Below are positions 11,109 through 24,902 of a stretch of DNA of 64,000 bases, piece by piece. Both the position numbers and the translations under genes were made by a program. The notes beneath the pieces are model-generated. The model had not been told where the DNA came from. It made no database searches and was given only the letters and a program-made list of their open reading frames with translations. Positions within the stretch are counted from its first letter, which is position 1; every line of letters begins with the position of its first letter. Origin of the DNA: Octopus vulgaris (lineage: Eukaryota); NCBI GenBank assembly GCA_951406725.2, contig OX597830.1:43772001-43836000 (forward strand), given 5' to 3'.

Positions 11109-12833
11109 CTGAAAAATATCAAAAGGTAAAAATATTAATTGAATGCTTTTGTGGAAGGAAGATTAAATCCAAATAAATATATGCATTACTTCCCTTAACC
11201 CTTTTGCTACCATATTTCTCTAGAAATAAACTGATTCTGTTTCAATTAATTTTGAAAATGCTGCATTTGGAATATAAATATACCATTGACCCCAGTGCTC
11301 AACTTGTGCTTATTTCATTGAACCAAACCAATGAAAGGCAAAATCGACCTTGGTGGAATTTGAACTCAGAACATAAAGACTGACGAAATACTGTGAAGCA
11401 TTTTGGCCAGTATGCTACCAACTTTGCCAGCTACAAATCGCCTTAATTTGGAACAATTTTGATGGAGGATTTTAATTTAGATCGCTTTAAAAACTGGAAA
11501 CTTGTATCATAGAACCAGAGGCAGTCTGAAGCAAGATGGCATCAAAAGGGTTCAGTACTGCTGCCCCCTCGATAACTGTATGGCTTAACTTAGATTTAGT
11601 TATTGGAAGGTTTGGACACCATTCTTTGTAGGCAGTCTTGAAGTTAATCCTAGATAGTTATTATTGTAAAGAATAGCAGAATATCAGATTGATAGACCTG
11701 TGAAGAATAGTAGAATAGCAGATTAATAGGTCTGTAAAGAATTGTAAAGAATAGTAGAACAGCAGATTGATAGAATGACTAACTTAATGTCTTGACGGTC
11801 TCTTTAGGCTGACTTTAATTTTCATTCTTTTATTGTTAGTAAAATAATTACTAATCAAATACTGGGTCACTTTAATTAACCGTTCTCTTCCTCTCATCAA
11901 ATATGTACCCTTGGGCCTCTGTTAGAGATCCTAATTGTTATTATCAATCTTTCCTTCTGGTTTTATCTTCAGAGGAAGATGTTGCCATTTATCCTTTCAG
12001 GATGAATAAAACACAATCCCCCCTTGAGCATTGGGGTCAATGTAACTGACTTAATCCTTTCCCCACAAAATTTCGGGCCTTGTGCCTATAGTAGAAAGGT
12101 TAATTAGAATTCTTACATTGCCAAAATACTGGATGTTTGTCCAAATGTTTGGTAATAACATCCCTTAATTCTCCAACAAGTTCCACCTCCAATTGCAATT
12201 GATCCAGATACAGTAAAGACAAAGTTGTTGTTTTTTAAATATCAAAGAGATATTGTGAGTAACTCATTAAGAACTATGTAAAAGGTATACATGTCTGTGG
12301 AGTATTCAGCCACTCGCATGTTAATTTCATGAGCAGGCTGTTCCATTGACCACATCAACTGGATCCCCCATCATCATAACTGATGGAGTGCCAGAGAAGA
12401 ATACATTACAAATAAAAGATTATTAACAACTTTTACCTTCTTCCTCTTTCATCATTATAGAATTCTACCCTTTTTCGGTCCCCTATACATGTTAGCATAT
12501 TATTGGCTAAGTCTTTCTGCAACCATCTGCTAAGGTCATCAAATTGCCTTTACTCTCCATCTTTCCTCACTTCTTCACCTCAGTTTCTCAATCGGCATCA
12601 AGAGTTCAATGCTTCATGTTCTCATGTGATGTCCAATGAACTTTGCATGTTGTCTCCTTGTGCCATTTTCAAGGAGTTTCTACTCTCCTAAGGACTTGAC
12701 TGTTTGTAACATTACCATTATAGGATATCATCAGAATTCATCTAAGAAACTACATTTCAGCAGCATTGATAAGCTTTTGTTTGTTGATCCTCCAAGACAC
12801 ATTGCCACATGTAAGGATGGGTTATACATATAC

Positions 12834-12916
<83 letters not shown>

Positions 12917-12964
12917 CACATATATATATATAGATATATATACATATATATATACATACATACA

Positions 12965-12997
<33 letters not shown>

Positions 12998-13010
12998 GTA
13001 TATATGTATG

Positions 13011-13100
<90 letters not shown>

Positions 13101-13190
13101 CCAATACAAGAAGAAATAAAAATATATAAAATTGTATAAAATTATCAAAAGAAAGCACAAGGTTTGGTTTATTTCCAAAATTCAACAGAC

Positions 13191-13353
13191 CTGATAGATA
13201 TTTGAAAGAAGCTTTGAATCCAATGTTTTCACTGTCTGAAGATGGTTTTGCTCCAGTGTAGAAAATCAACTGAAGACTGTTGCTGTTAGAGACAATGATT
13301 GGTCTCTGGAAATGTTTTATGGTCAGTGGAGTGTTCTGATTGTTCTCATAAAC
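13191..13353 (-). CDS. Multi-CUB-domain protein exon (CUB2 C-half: VYEN...[14 protein letters not shown]...[10 protein letters not shown])
   Basis: CUB S-x-x-N-x-L-x-L-x-F and GFKASF motifs; ttaaag acceptor, gtctgt donor; phase 0-1. Confidence 0.88.
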
Positions 13354-13411
13354 CTTTAAGAAAGACAGAAAGGAAGAATCAATGCATTTACATGGCAAAA
13401 TAGTTTATTGA

Positions 13412-13467
13412 TGCCGTCGAGAGGTAGGCCCCGAAACGGCGCGCATTCTCTCCTGATGACCCCATAC
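13412..13467 (+). ncRNA. Non-circularly permuted hammerhead-like motif, stem II unpaired
   Basis: UGCCGUC^GAGAGG / CCCC-GAAACGGCG / UCUCUC-CUGAUGA-CCCC. Confidence 0.5.
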
Positions 13468-14616
13468 ACTTGCTAGCTTCCGGTATACAGAGCTTTTAAC
13501 TGGTAGCACTTGCATGTGCAAGTTGTTTGCAAGACATCTCTATATTGTGCAGGTGTGGTTGTGTGGTTAAGAAGTTTGCTTTCCAACCACATTGTTTGGG
13601 GTTCAGTCCCACCATATGGCACCTTTGACAAGTGTTTTCTGTTATAGCCTTGGGCTGACCAACACCTTGTGAATGGATTTAGTTGAGGGAAACTAAAAGA
13701 AGCCTGATAAGTGTGTGTGTGTATTTGTGCCCGCGTTGGTGTGTTTACATCTCTGTAACTTAGCATTTTGCCAAAAAGAAACTGATAGAATAAGTAGCAA
13801 ACTTTAAAATCTAATTAATCTCATTCATTCATTATCATTGTTGCTTAATGTCGGTTTTTTTGTTTTTTTTTTATGCTGGCATGGGTTGGATGGTTTGACA
13901 GAAACTGGCAAGCTGGATGGTTGCACCAGGCTCCAGTCATCTGTTTTGCCTTGGTTTCTACAGCTGGATACCCTTTAATGCCAGCCACTTTGCAGAGTGC
14001 ACTGGGTGCTTTCTATGACACCTGCACAGGTGCTTTTTTTTACATGATGCCAGCAGAGGAAATTATCAATTTTAACCATAGATCATCATCAGGAATATAA
14101 TTATCCATTATGTGCACGATTTCAGACTCAAATAGAACTAGGAACCCTTTTTTAAAATTAAAGGTAGTAATGTTCTTTTTCTTTTTTATGGTTTAATTAG
14201 AGGAGAAAGAGCAGTCCCTTTCTTTAGTAACCTTGAGACAAGTGGGAGATAAAGGGGAAGCTATTTAGAGTAGGGACCTGATCCAAGTGTTTGCAACAGA
14301 TTAGATTCTAATAAAAGTACCCATAAATCAAATAGGGTGTGTTAAAACTAATCACAAAGCTTTGGTTGATCTGAGACTGTGGCAGAAAACACTTGCCCAA
14401 GGTGGGATAAAATCCAGAAACCATAAAAGTAGCCAAATAAACTCCTTGACCCTACAGACTTGACAGATTTTGAACAATTTAGTTATGTGAACACTGCAAA
14501 GCTGTGTAAGCTGTGCATGGGAAGCTGTGTATGTAAAGGCAGGTTTGATTTCTGATTGAATCATTTGAAGTATTTCACCATGATAAAGAAATGAAAAAGG
14601 AGGGGGAAATGCTTAC

Positions 14617-14810
14617 CTGCACTGTAGTGTCTTGTGCAATATCCCAATCATCAAAGACAAGTTTTATGAACCCATTTGGATCCAGATTTCGTATTGAATA
14701 GATGAAAATTTCTCCATTGATTGCATAGCCTCTCGGAAAGTTTGGAGAATGAAAAAATCCATCACTAAGAGTTCCTTTTTGAGGATATCCAGAAAATTCT
14801 TCCTTTTTCA
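14617..14810 (-). CDS. Multi-CUB-domain protein exon (CUB2 N-half: ...GFFHSPNFPRGY...IKLVFDDWDI...)
   Basis: Classic CUB SPNFP-x-x-Y and I-x-L-x-F-x-D motifs; ttctag acceptor, gtaagc donor; phase 1-0. Confidence 0.9.
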
Positions 14811-15319
14811 CTAGAAAAATAAATAAAAATCAAACTTTTATTTTGTACCAAATCTAAATCCCTTTACATAACTCAAATAACCTTCCATCTATCTCCTGTT
14901 GCCCATTGCTCTCTTTCTCCATCAAAAGAATTTATTTTATTCATTTTCTTTCTTATTTTATTTTGAATCATGTCTTTTGTGAACAACAGCACCTCTGATC
15001 ATAGGGTTGGTTACAACCAACCATTGTTTGGTTTACTGAATTACCAAAAGCAATTTAACAGAAAAGATACTGCAGGTTATTTTTGTTCAAAAGTACCTGC
15101 TTATCAGTTTATGATCCATGTATATAAATTTATATTCATAAATACAAGCGAGGGGCTTCTTTCAGTTTCCATCTACTAAATCCACTCACAAGGGTGGGGC
15201 TAAAGTAGAAGACATTTACCCAAGGTGCCACTCAGTGATTATATACATACACACACACACACACACATATATATATACATATATATATATACATATATAT
15301 ATATACATATATATATATA

Positions 15320-16250
<931 letters not shown>

Positions 16251-16315
16251 TATATACATATATATATACACATATATACACATATATACACATATATACA
16301 TATATATACACATAT

Positions 16316-16370
<55 letters not shown>

Positions 16371-16373
<3 letters not shown>

Positions 16374-16977
16374 AATAATAATAAGGGTAAAATTAATTAA
16401 TTAATTAGTAATTAATAATTTTACCAAGCAGTGTTCAGTATGCAAAAGGACCATTTACGGTAAATTTAAACATTATTTTATATAATTAGGGTTCAGCAAA
16501 AATTGCTTTACCACACACCGAGCTTTTAGAAATAGCAGACAAAGAATTTATCTATTTCTTCTACTTTAAGAAGAGTCTCCCAGATAATGTATACTCAAAA
16601 ACATTACACGTAGGTATAGAGGGAAAAATAACGAAAGTTCACTTGAAAGATTGATTACTTGTGAACATGTTTCTGGGTTAGTTAGATATAGAGACGCTAA
16701 AAATACAACCCTATTCCAACATTCCTTTCATCAGCACAAGATTTCATTAAATTTTAATTTGAGAGCACTAAAAATCGAACTTACCCATCTGATTTGAGTA
16801 ACCTCAGATGAACTAACTTCGACATCCAGTACTAACGAATTCAAAACGTACGAATGAGGCTTTGCATTCTCCCCTGTCCATCCATGTGAGTTATAGAGCA
16901 ACAAATTCTTACAGAAGGATCTGTAGTTTAATATCAGGGAGAGAATTATATTGTCAATAATAATAAGGGTAAAATTA
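16371..16977. mobile_element. Probable Penelope pseudo-LTR remnant
   Basis: Starts at (TA)n; gtcaataataataagggtaaaatta is repeated directly at 16371 and 16953; contains a hammerhead-like motif. Confidence 0.6.
16658..16740 (-). ncRNA. Hammerhead-like motif with atypical stem II
   Basis: CUUGUG-CUGAUGA...GAAACAUGUU^CACAAG. Confidence 0.6.
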
Positions 16978-17438
16978 GGGGAGGATGCAAAGCCTCATTT
17001 GTACGTTGTGGGAAGGACTGTTTCACTGAAGTCGTGTCTCGCCTTTACCTTCGAAACACAGAATAGATGAAGTGGAGGCAGCTGAAGAAGGGGAATTTTC
17101 CTTGTGTTGTATGTCGTGTACCCTGTTTTATTGTTGTTTAAAAAAATGTTCGTTTCCATGGTTCTGTTTTTATGCTTTCGTTTCTCATTGTGTTTGGCGT
17201 TTTTTTGGTGTCCTGTATCCATATATGCATGTATTTATACATATAGATGTAGGTATGTACATATATGTATGTATATATGCATATGTTTTATTTATTATTT
17301 TGTATATATATATAATATTCATTTTGAATTGATAAAAGGTGTTTTTTCTAATTTCTATACATACATATATATATATATATATAAATACAGGGGGTGCAAA
17401 AACTGGGTAGAAGACCAACACACATGCATACATATATA

Positions 17439-17688
17439 CAGGTGGGGTGCTAAAGTAAGTATACAGTTATGAGAAAAGAAAACATGTACAGTACTCATTT
17501 ATTTTTATCAAAAAAAAATTAGAAGTTATGATAAAAGTATTATCATAATTATGATAAGCATACTATTATAATTAATGACACTGAAAATATCCAAAATAAG
17601 GCTAACTTTTAATTTTTTTGATAAAAATAAATGAGTAGAGTACATGTTTTCTTTTTTCATAACTGTATACCTACTTTTGCATCCAACT
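17439..17688. mobile_element. Tc1-type MITE
   Basis: Long TIRs caggtggggtgctaaagtaagtatacagttatga / tcataactgtatacctacttttgcatccaactg, TA flanks. Confidence 0.85.
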
Positions 17689-18339
17689 GTATATAGGTGT
17701 GTGTGTGTGTGTGTTGGTCTTCTACCCAGTTTGTAGCTGCTTAATTCCAGTCAAAAGCCTATGCTGGAGCCTTTGCACTATCACATAACATGCTAGAGAC
17801 CTCAGCCAAATTTCCCTCAAATCACATTCTGCCAACTTACAAAGAATTAAGAATAAAAAGATGGTATGGGTGTGTGGTAAGAAGCTTGTCTCCTAACCAC
17901 AGAGTTCCGGGTTCAGTCCCACTGCATGGCTCCTTGAGAGTGGATTCAGTAGACTGAAAAAAGTCAGCTGTGTGTGTGTGTGTGTGTGTGCGCATACAAA
18001 TATACCTGTATTTGCCCCCACCCACCCCCACCGTTTGACAACTAGTACTGTTGTTTTTATGTCTCTACAGCTAAGCAGTTCAGCAAAAGAGATTGATAGA
18101 ATAAGTACCAGGCTTAAAAAAAAATAAAACAGTTACTGAGGTGGTGTCCCAGCATGGCCACAGTTTAATGATTGAAACAAGTAAAAGACAAAAAAGATGG
18201 AATACAATGGCCCCAATTGGAGCATCTTTGATTGCAGGTGTTCTGATCAAGGCTGACCCAGGCCTAAACAACAGCAATTGAAAATAGCAAGGCTTAACTT
18301 TCCTGAACATACCTTGTAATTAACATGTAATTAACTTAC

Positions 18340-18524
18340 CTACAACCTTGTAATTAATCTTAAACATTTTTCCTGCAGCCAGATTTGTTTGTGACATACA
18401 ATGGACAATTCGGATATGGGATGAGATTGAAACGTATGTCGATGTCTCGTTAACATCGAAATAATTCTGATGAGAATATAAACTGTAAGGATGGTCGACT
18501 TCTGAGATATAGAGATGGTCACAT
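18340..18524 (-). CDS. Multi-CUB-domain protein exon (CUB1 C-half: CDHLYISE...YVSISSHIRI...FKINYKVV)
   Basis: CUB C-x-D-x-L-x-I and F-x-I-x-Y motifs; ttccag acceptor, gtaagt donor; phase 2-1. Confidence 0.85.
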
Positions 18525-18662
18525 CTGGAAACAAAAGCAAAAACAAACAAAAAATCTTTACTGATTTTGTTTGATTTAAAAATTTTGTTGTTAATTGTAG
18601 CAAATAATAAAACATACCCTGCTTATCAAATATCTTCAAGTAACAGCCTCTCTCTGACACTA

Positions 18663-19582
18663 TTAACCCATTAACTACTAAAATTTTTATTCATATTTTC
18701 TGGGTTTTGCCAGGTGTCTTAAAAGTTAAAATAATATATAGTATTTAAATTTTCTGCATATGTAGATTATTTTGGAAATAACAATAAATTTTTTGAAAAG
18801 TCTCAAATAGGGATTGGTGAAAAAAGAAAGTATATTTATTCTATTCTATTCAGTTGCAATAATAACTATTTTAGTTTTTTTGAAGCTATAGTATCAAATG
18901 CGAATGTGTATGAAATATCAATGAATGACATAAATGGGAAACGCAAAAAAAAAAAAGTTTTAAAAACAGAGAGGCTGTGTGGTAAGTAGCTTGTTTACCA
19001 ACCACATGGTTCCAGGCTCAGTCCCACTGTGTGGCACCTTGGGCAAGTGTCTTCTACTATAGCCTCGGGCTGACCAAAGCCTTGTGAGTGGATTTGGTAG
19101 ACGGAAACTGAAAAGAAGCCCGTCGTATATATGCATATATATATATGTGTGTGTTTGTGTGTCTGTGTTTGTTCCCCTAGCATTGCTTGACAACTGATGC
19201 TGGTGTGTTTATGTCCCCCGTTACTTAGCAGTTCAGCAAAAGAGACCGATAGAATAAGTACTGGGCTTACAAAAGAATAAGTCCCGGGGTCGAGTTGCTC
19301 GATTAAAGGTGGTGCTCCAGCATGGCTGCAGTCAAATGACTGGAACAAGTAAAAAAGTAAAGAGAGATATTTCTGTAGTTCAAAAATTGCGATTTATGAC
19401 CTAAAATGTCCTCTAGAATTAGCCAGAGCTAATAACGACAAACTTTAGCTACTAAATATTGTTAAACACACCTCTGCAAATGCAATGTGCATAAGTAATT
19501 CACTTTAAATACAACGAACAACCGGCAGTGAGACTGTTTTTAGCAGATCCCTAAATGGGGCTCATGGCAGGCAATGGGTTAA
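18663..19582. mobile_element. piggyBac-like MITE (TTAA ends) with nested SINE; similar TTAA/CCCT-ended elements at 11195-11554, 27123-27669 and 48726-48954
   Basis: ttaacccatt ... aatgggttaa termini. Confidence 0.65.
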
Positions 19583-20261
19583 TGATATCAAAGACATCAT
19601 CATCATCATCATCATTTAACCCTCTCAGACCTGAACCTGGAACCATGTGGTTGAGAAGCAAACTTCTTACCACATAGTCATGTCTGTGTCTATTATATAT
19701 ATGTCACTAAGGCAGTGAGCTGGCAGAATCATTAGCACACCAGGTGAAATGCTTGGCAGTATTTCATCTGTCGTTATGTTCTGAGTTCAAATTCCTCCAA
19801 GGTCAACTTTGCCTTTCATCCTTTCGGGATCAATGAAATAAGTACCAGTTACGCACTGGGGTTGATGTAATCGACTAGCTCCCTTCCCAAGAAATTTCAG
19901 GCCTTGCGCCTATAGCAGAAAGGATTATATATGTGTCACTAGTTTTATCAACCAGGGGGAAAGTGGGTGAAGAAGGACTGGAATTCAGAATGTGGAGGGT
20001 TGAGACTAAACAATGCAAGGAATGTAGTCTGGTGCTTTGCTTCTTCTTGCCATTCATTTCACCATTTTCATGTTAAATGAAAGGATAGTTTCCAACATGA
20101 GCAAAAGGGGAGAAAATTTGGTGGGAATGAATATGGTCAACAAAACTGACCCCCACTGCATCAGTAGCAGTTATTTTATTCACCCCACCCTCCACCATCC
20201 CTTCTCAAAGGAGTAAAAATGCAAAACTGACCTCAGCTGGATTTGAATGTAAAGTGACATA

Positions 20262-20733
20262 TTAAAATGCTGCAAGATTGCTTCCCTGGGCATGAACACA
20301 TTGAAGCTCCAATGCCTGGCAACTGAGTCGGTAAACACCTGGAAAATTAACCATCGCACCAACAACCACCTTGAGCACCTTTTTGAACTCCATGTGTCTA
20401 ATACATGTGGGCATGCCTACAAAGTCAGAAAACAGCACATCTCCCCTGACTTTCAGAAACATTTTTTTCTCACTCAGAGTTGCTGAAGCATGGAACAAAC
20501 TACCTGCATCAGTTGTTAGCTGCCGAGATATTGCATCCTTCAAAACGGCCTTGCTTCCTGAAATTCGCCAACACTACACCTGATATCCCCACCCAATACA
20601 CATGCACACATTTATATCGTGACTCCTACACTGTTCACTTTCCTGACTTTTCTACATAATTCTATGTACTGTACATGCACCTTTAATGAGTTGCACCCGA
20701 GCACTATACACAATAATTTCATCATCATCATCA

Positions 20734-20775
<42 letters not shown>
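20262..20775 (+). mobile_element. CR1-type LINE 3' fragment with (ATT)n tail
   Basis: Near-identical to 760-1180, keeps the tail. Confidence 0.9.
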
Positions 20776-20777
<2 letters not shown>

Positions 20778-21016
20778 GGCAAGCTGGCAGAAATGTTAGC
20801 ATGCCGGGCGAAATGCTTAGTGGTATGTCATCTGTCTTTATGTTCTGAGTTCAAATTCTGCTGAGATCGACTTTGCACTAAGTACCAGTTGTGTACTGGG
20901 GATAACTCTAATTGACTGCCCCACCCCCGCCAAAAAATTTTGGTCCTTGTGCTTAGAAGTAGAAAAGATTATTAGCATTATTATTATCATTGTTGTTGTT
21001 GTTGTTGTTGTTGTTA

Positions 21017-21072
<56 letters not shown>

Positions 21073-21128
21073 ATTATTATAAAAGCAAATACTTTTTCTT
21101 AACTGAATTATTAGGCAATAATACACAC

Positions 21129-21384
21129 CCATTTATGCACTGATTTTCCACATTTGTCTGTGCTGTAAAATTCCCTAAAGATGTCCCATTGCATGATGGG
21201 AAATGCAATTTCTTGAGTTCTATTAGAAATCGGCAGCTATTACAGGTACGTAAGAGCACTTCACACATCGTATCAGGGTGGGAAGAATAGCTGTTTGGGT
21301 AACCAGTGCTGACCACTGCCCCACTGTCACCTACCATAGCCCGCCACAGGGGTCCTTTTAAATTTTGTCTGCATTCTATCAATC
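21129..21384 (-). CDS. Multi-CUB-domain protein exon (CUB1 N-half: GLIECRQN...SGAVVSTGYPNSY...CEVLLR...CING)
   Basis: CUB motif G-x-x-x-S-x-x-YP-x-x-Y plus Cys; ttacag acceptor, gtgtgt donor; phase 1-2 matches both neighbours. Confidence 0.85.
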
Positions 21385-21517
21385 CTGTAAGAATAAAAAA
21401 TACAAAATAAAGAAACACTATTAATAATAATTAATTTATAGTAAAATTAAGCATCCTAAATGTACTGTAAGTTCCAAAGGGATTTAATCAAATATATATG
21501 TGCGAAAATGTGTGTAC

Positions 21518-21554
<37 letters not shown>

Positions 21555-21559
21555 GCGTG

Positions 21560-21610
<51 letters not shown>

Positions 21611-22214
21611 ATCATCATCATCCTTTAACGACCATTTTCCATGCTGGCATGGGTTGTATATGACAACAAATGTTAAAACCACAAAAGCCAAACCTGACAA
21701 TCAGAAATGCTGACTTAAGCTGATTTAATCCCATGACATCAATCAAATGACAAAAATATACACAGCCCTATCTGCTGCAGTTTTATACCTGTTTGTGTAC
21801 GGTTGATATAAATATCCACTATCAATAACAAATATCCTAATCAATAACAAAGGCCACCATGCAAATTTCAAGGAATCTGATAGGTTTTTTTAGACTCTTC
21901 ATGTAAATATTTCCAACTCAGTTCAAGACTTCATTACCATAATAGTATAAAAGCAGCAGTTTTGGCTGTTACACCACCATTTCCACTATGATTTCCTACC
22001 AAATTTGTATACATTCAGCAAATTCTTCTGGTCCTTCATGGAAATTACAGTCACATCCAGCCATGCCAGTTACATTGAATTTATGGTCCTCGCAGAGATG
22101 ACAGTTTACATAAATAAACAGTGCAGGCTTTAAAGCAGTTGACAAAAATATACGCCAAACCATTATTGTGTGCTAATTGTTGATCTCTTTTTCAATCGAA
22201 TTTGGTACATAGAA

Positions 22215-22430
22215 TGATGGTGGTTGTGGTGGTAATAGTAGTAGTAGTAGTAGTAATAGTAGTAATAGTAGTAGTAGTGATGGTGGTGGTGGTGGTGGTG
22301 GCTGTAGTTATAGTGTTGTTGTTGTTGTTGTTGGTAGTGGTGGTGGTGGTGGCATTGGCATTGGTGGTGATGGTGGTGTTAGCGATGATGTTAGTGGCGG
22401 TGGTGGGGTGGTGAGGTGGGAGAAGAAAAA

Positions 22431-22466
<36 letters not shown>

Positions 22467-22500
22467 GGTGGTTGTGGTTGTGGTGGTTGTGGTGGTTGTG

Positions 22501-22544
<44 letters not shown>

Positions 22545-22641
22545 TGTTGTTGTTGTTGTTGTGGTGGTGGTGGTGGTGGCAGTTATGGTAATAGTAATGG
22601 TGTTGGTGGTGTTGGTGGTGATGGTGGTTGTGGTGGTTGTG

Positions 22642-22682
<41 letters not shown>

Positions 22683-22800
22683 TGTTGTTGTTGTTGTGGT
22701 GGTGGTGGTGGTGGTGGCAGTTATGGTAATAGTAATGGTGTTGGTGGTGTTGGTGGTGATGGTGGTGGTGGTGGTGGGGTGGTGAGGTGGGAGGAGTAGT
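22215..22800. repeat. Compound (GTA/GTG/GTT)n microsatellite with internal ~138-bp duplication
   Basis: Direct reading; ggcagttatggtaatagtaatggtgttgg occurs twice. Confidence 0.9.
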
Positions 22801-23024
22801 TGTAGTATTGATAACAGTAACATTGCAAAGAAGAGGAGGAGGAAATTAGTTCAATTTTTCATTTCCTCTCCTCCAAGAAATAAACACACACACACACAAA
22901 ACCACCAATCTTATATTTTATTCCTTGCTTTTCTCCTTTCTCTCTCTTACTCAATCCTTACACTCACACTCATACTTGCACTCACACAATCTCAGTCACT
23001 GAATAATTTGATTTTTATTCTTTT

Positions 23025-23413
23025 ACTAGCAGTATCGCCCGGCGTTGCTCAGGTTTGTAAGGGAAATAACTATAAAGCATTTTTAGAGAGTTATAGCCAA
23101 AAAAATAGCAAAAAAATGGAAAAAAAATGATGGTAAATTTTTTTTTTGAGAGTTAAAACAGGTGGAGTTGCGTCCCCTAGACGGTCTGTGGTTTGGGTTT
23201 CTCATTCTCGACCCCATGTCGAATTTATCGATTTTTTTCAGAACTGGGGGAACTTTTCAAAATTTTCGCTGCGTTAGTTTTGAATTATGACATTGGGCTA
23301 TGTGTGTGTCAAGTTTCATCAGAATCGGTTGAAAGCCGTGGTCAGAGTGAGGGTACGAGAAAACAGACACACAGAAAACGCACAGACAAACTGCCGTTTA
23401 TATAGAGAGAGAT
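23025..23413 (+). mobile_element. Non-autonomous Helentron/DINE-type element
   Basis: Starts actagc..cgcccggcgttgctc, ends tttatatagagagagat, T-rich target. Confidence 0.65.
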
Positions 23414-23669
23414 TCTTTTAGTTGTTTCAGTCATTTGACTGTGGCCATGCTGGAGCACCACCTTTAGTTGAGCAAATTGACCCCAGGACATATTCTTTGT
23501 AAGCCTAGTACTTATTCGATCGGTCTCTTTTGCTGAACCGCTATCTTACAGGGACGTAAACACAGCAGCATCGACTGTCAAGCAATGTTGGTGGGGACAA
23601 ACAGACACACAAACACATACACACACATGCATATACATATATAAATACATATACGATGGGCTTCTTTGT

Positions 23670-24854
23670 TGAAAGATTTTAATCTAGGACATTCCAAAAT
23701 GGATTTTGGATTCTTGAACTATGGGCAGTTTCAGGCAGATTGATATCAAAACAATACAATGAACAGGTAGAAAAAAGGTTACATCACTTTGTGATGACAG
23801 ATCCATCATCCGTCAGTCACTCAGAAACAGGGGAAAAACATTGTCGGAGCTCTGTGCAGACTTCAACGAGGCAAGTACTTCACAAATATCAACAAGATCT
23901 GTTAGAAGAAAGCTTGTAGAGTACAGTCTGAAAGGCTGTAAAGCCAGGAAGAAGCCATGGGTTCCTGAAGCAAATATGGAAAAATGTCTTCAGTGGGCCA
24001 AAAACCACTCAAATTGGACTAGTGAGCAAGGACTGAAAGTCAAATGGTCCGATGAAAGTAACTATGAGGTAAGATAGTACATGTATTCAATCAACATATA
24101 AACTTAATGTAACTGCTTTGTTGCCCAAGATATATAAAAAAGTATCCAACATAAAGATAATATTATTTTTCATGTTTTTACTCAGGTTTTCGGTACATCT
24201 GGTGCAATTTTCGTGCATCGCAGAGTTGGGGAAGCATTTAAGGCTGAATGTCTGGTACCAACCATAAAACATGGGAGTGGTTCTATCATGGTGTGGGTCT
24301 GCATGTCTGCCACAGGACCCGGAGAAATGTTTTTATGTCAGGGAAGGATGAATTCAGCTACCTATGTTTCTATGTTATCAGATGTTTTAGAGCCATTAAT
24401 TGCTAAATTGCATGCAGGAGTGTTGAAAAACAGTATTATCTTTCAACAGGACAATGCTCCATGTCATACAGCAAAGAATACTCATCAATGGTTTGAAACA
24501 CAGGGTACTGTTTCCATGGATTGGCCAGCTCAAAGTCCTGATCTAAATCCAACCAAATACCTATGGGGAACTCTTGACGAAGCTATCAGGAACACAAGAA
24601 TTAAAAATAAAGAGTATTTGTACCAGAAGTTGAGAGAAGGATGGAGCAAAATTGTGTCTAGCACCTCCAAGCAACTAGTTGATTCAATGCCTAATCGTAT
24701 AAAAGCAGTAATTGATGCTAAAGGAGAGTCAACCAGATATTAAAACTAATGTATATTGTGAAATATACCATAATCTACCACACACATGAGTTTCATTAAC
24801 ATTGAGATAGCAGAACCCCAAAACATTGGGTGGCCTAATATTTTTGGCCAAGGT

Positions 24855-24856
<2 letters not shown>
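23670..24856 (+). mobile_element. Tc1 element, 5'-truncated, transposase interrupted by an intron at 24069-24185
   Basis: ARKKP...WSDESNYE|VFGT...FQQDNAPCH...WPAQSPDLNP; right TIR ends caaggttg followed by TA. Confidence 0.9.

Positions 24857-24902
<46 letters not shown>

Noticed and set aside
12115-12215. Possible extra exon ending at a gtaaga donor
   Set aside because: No convincing acceptor and no CUB-like translation
12636-13178. YI-, HT-, CV- and RE-repeat ORFs here and throughout the window
   Set aside because: Translations of dinucleotide microsatellites
17014-17095. Hammerhead-like words (ctgaag...cgaaac...ctgaagaaggg), with relatives near 28915 and 34530
   Set aside because: Stems I and II cannot be drawn convincingly in any single copy; needs a family consensus
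22202-22823. Poly-Thr / poly-Val mucin-like ORFs
   Set aside because: Trinucleotide microsatellite with no supported splicing into the CUB gene
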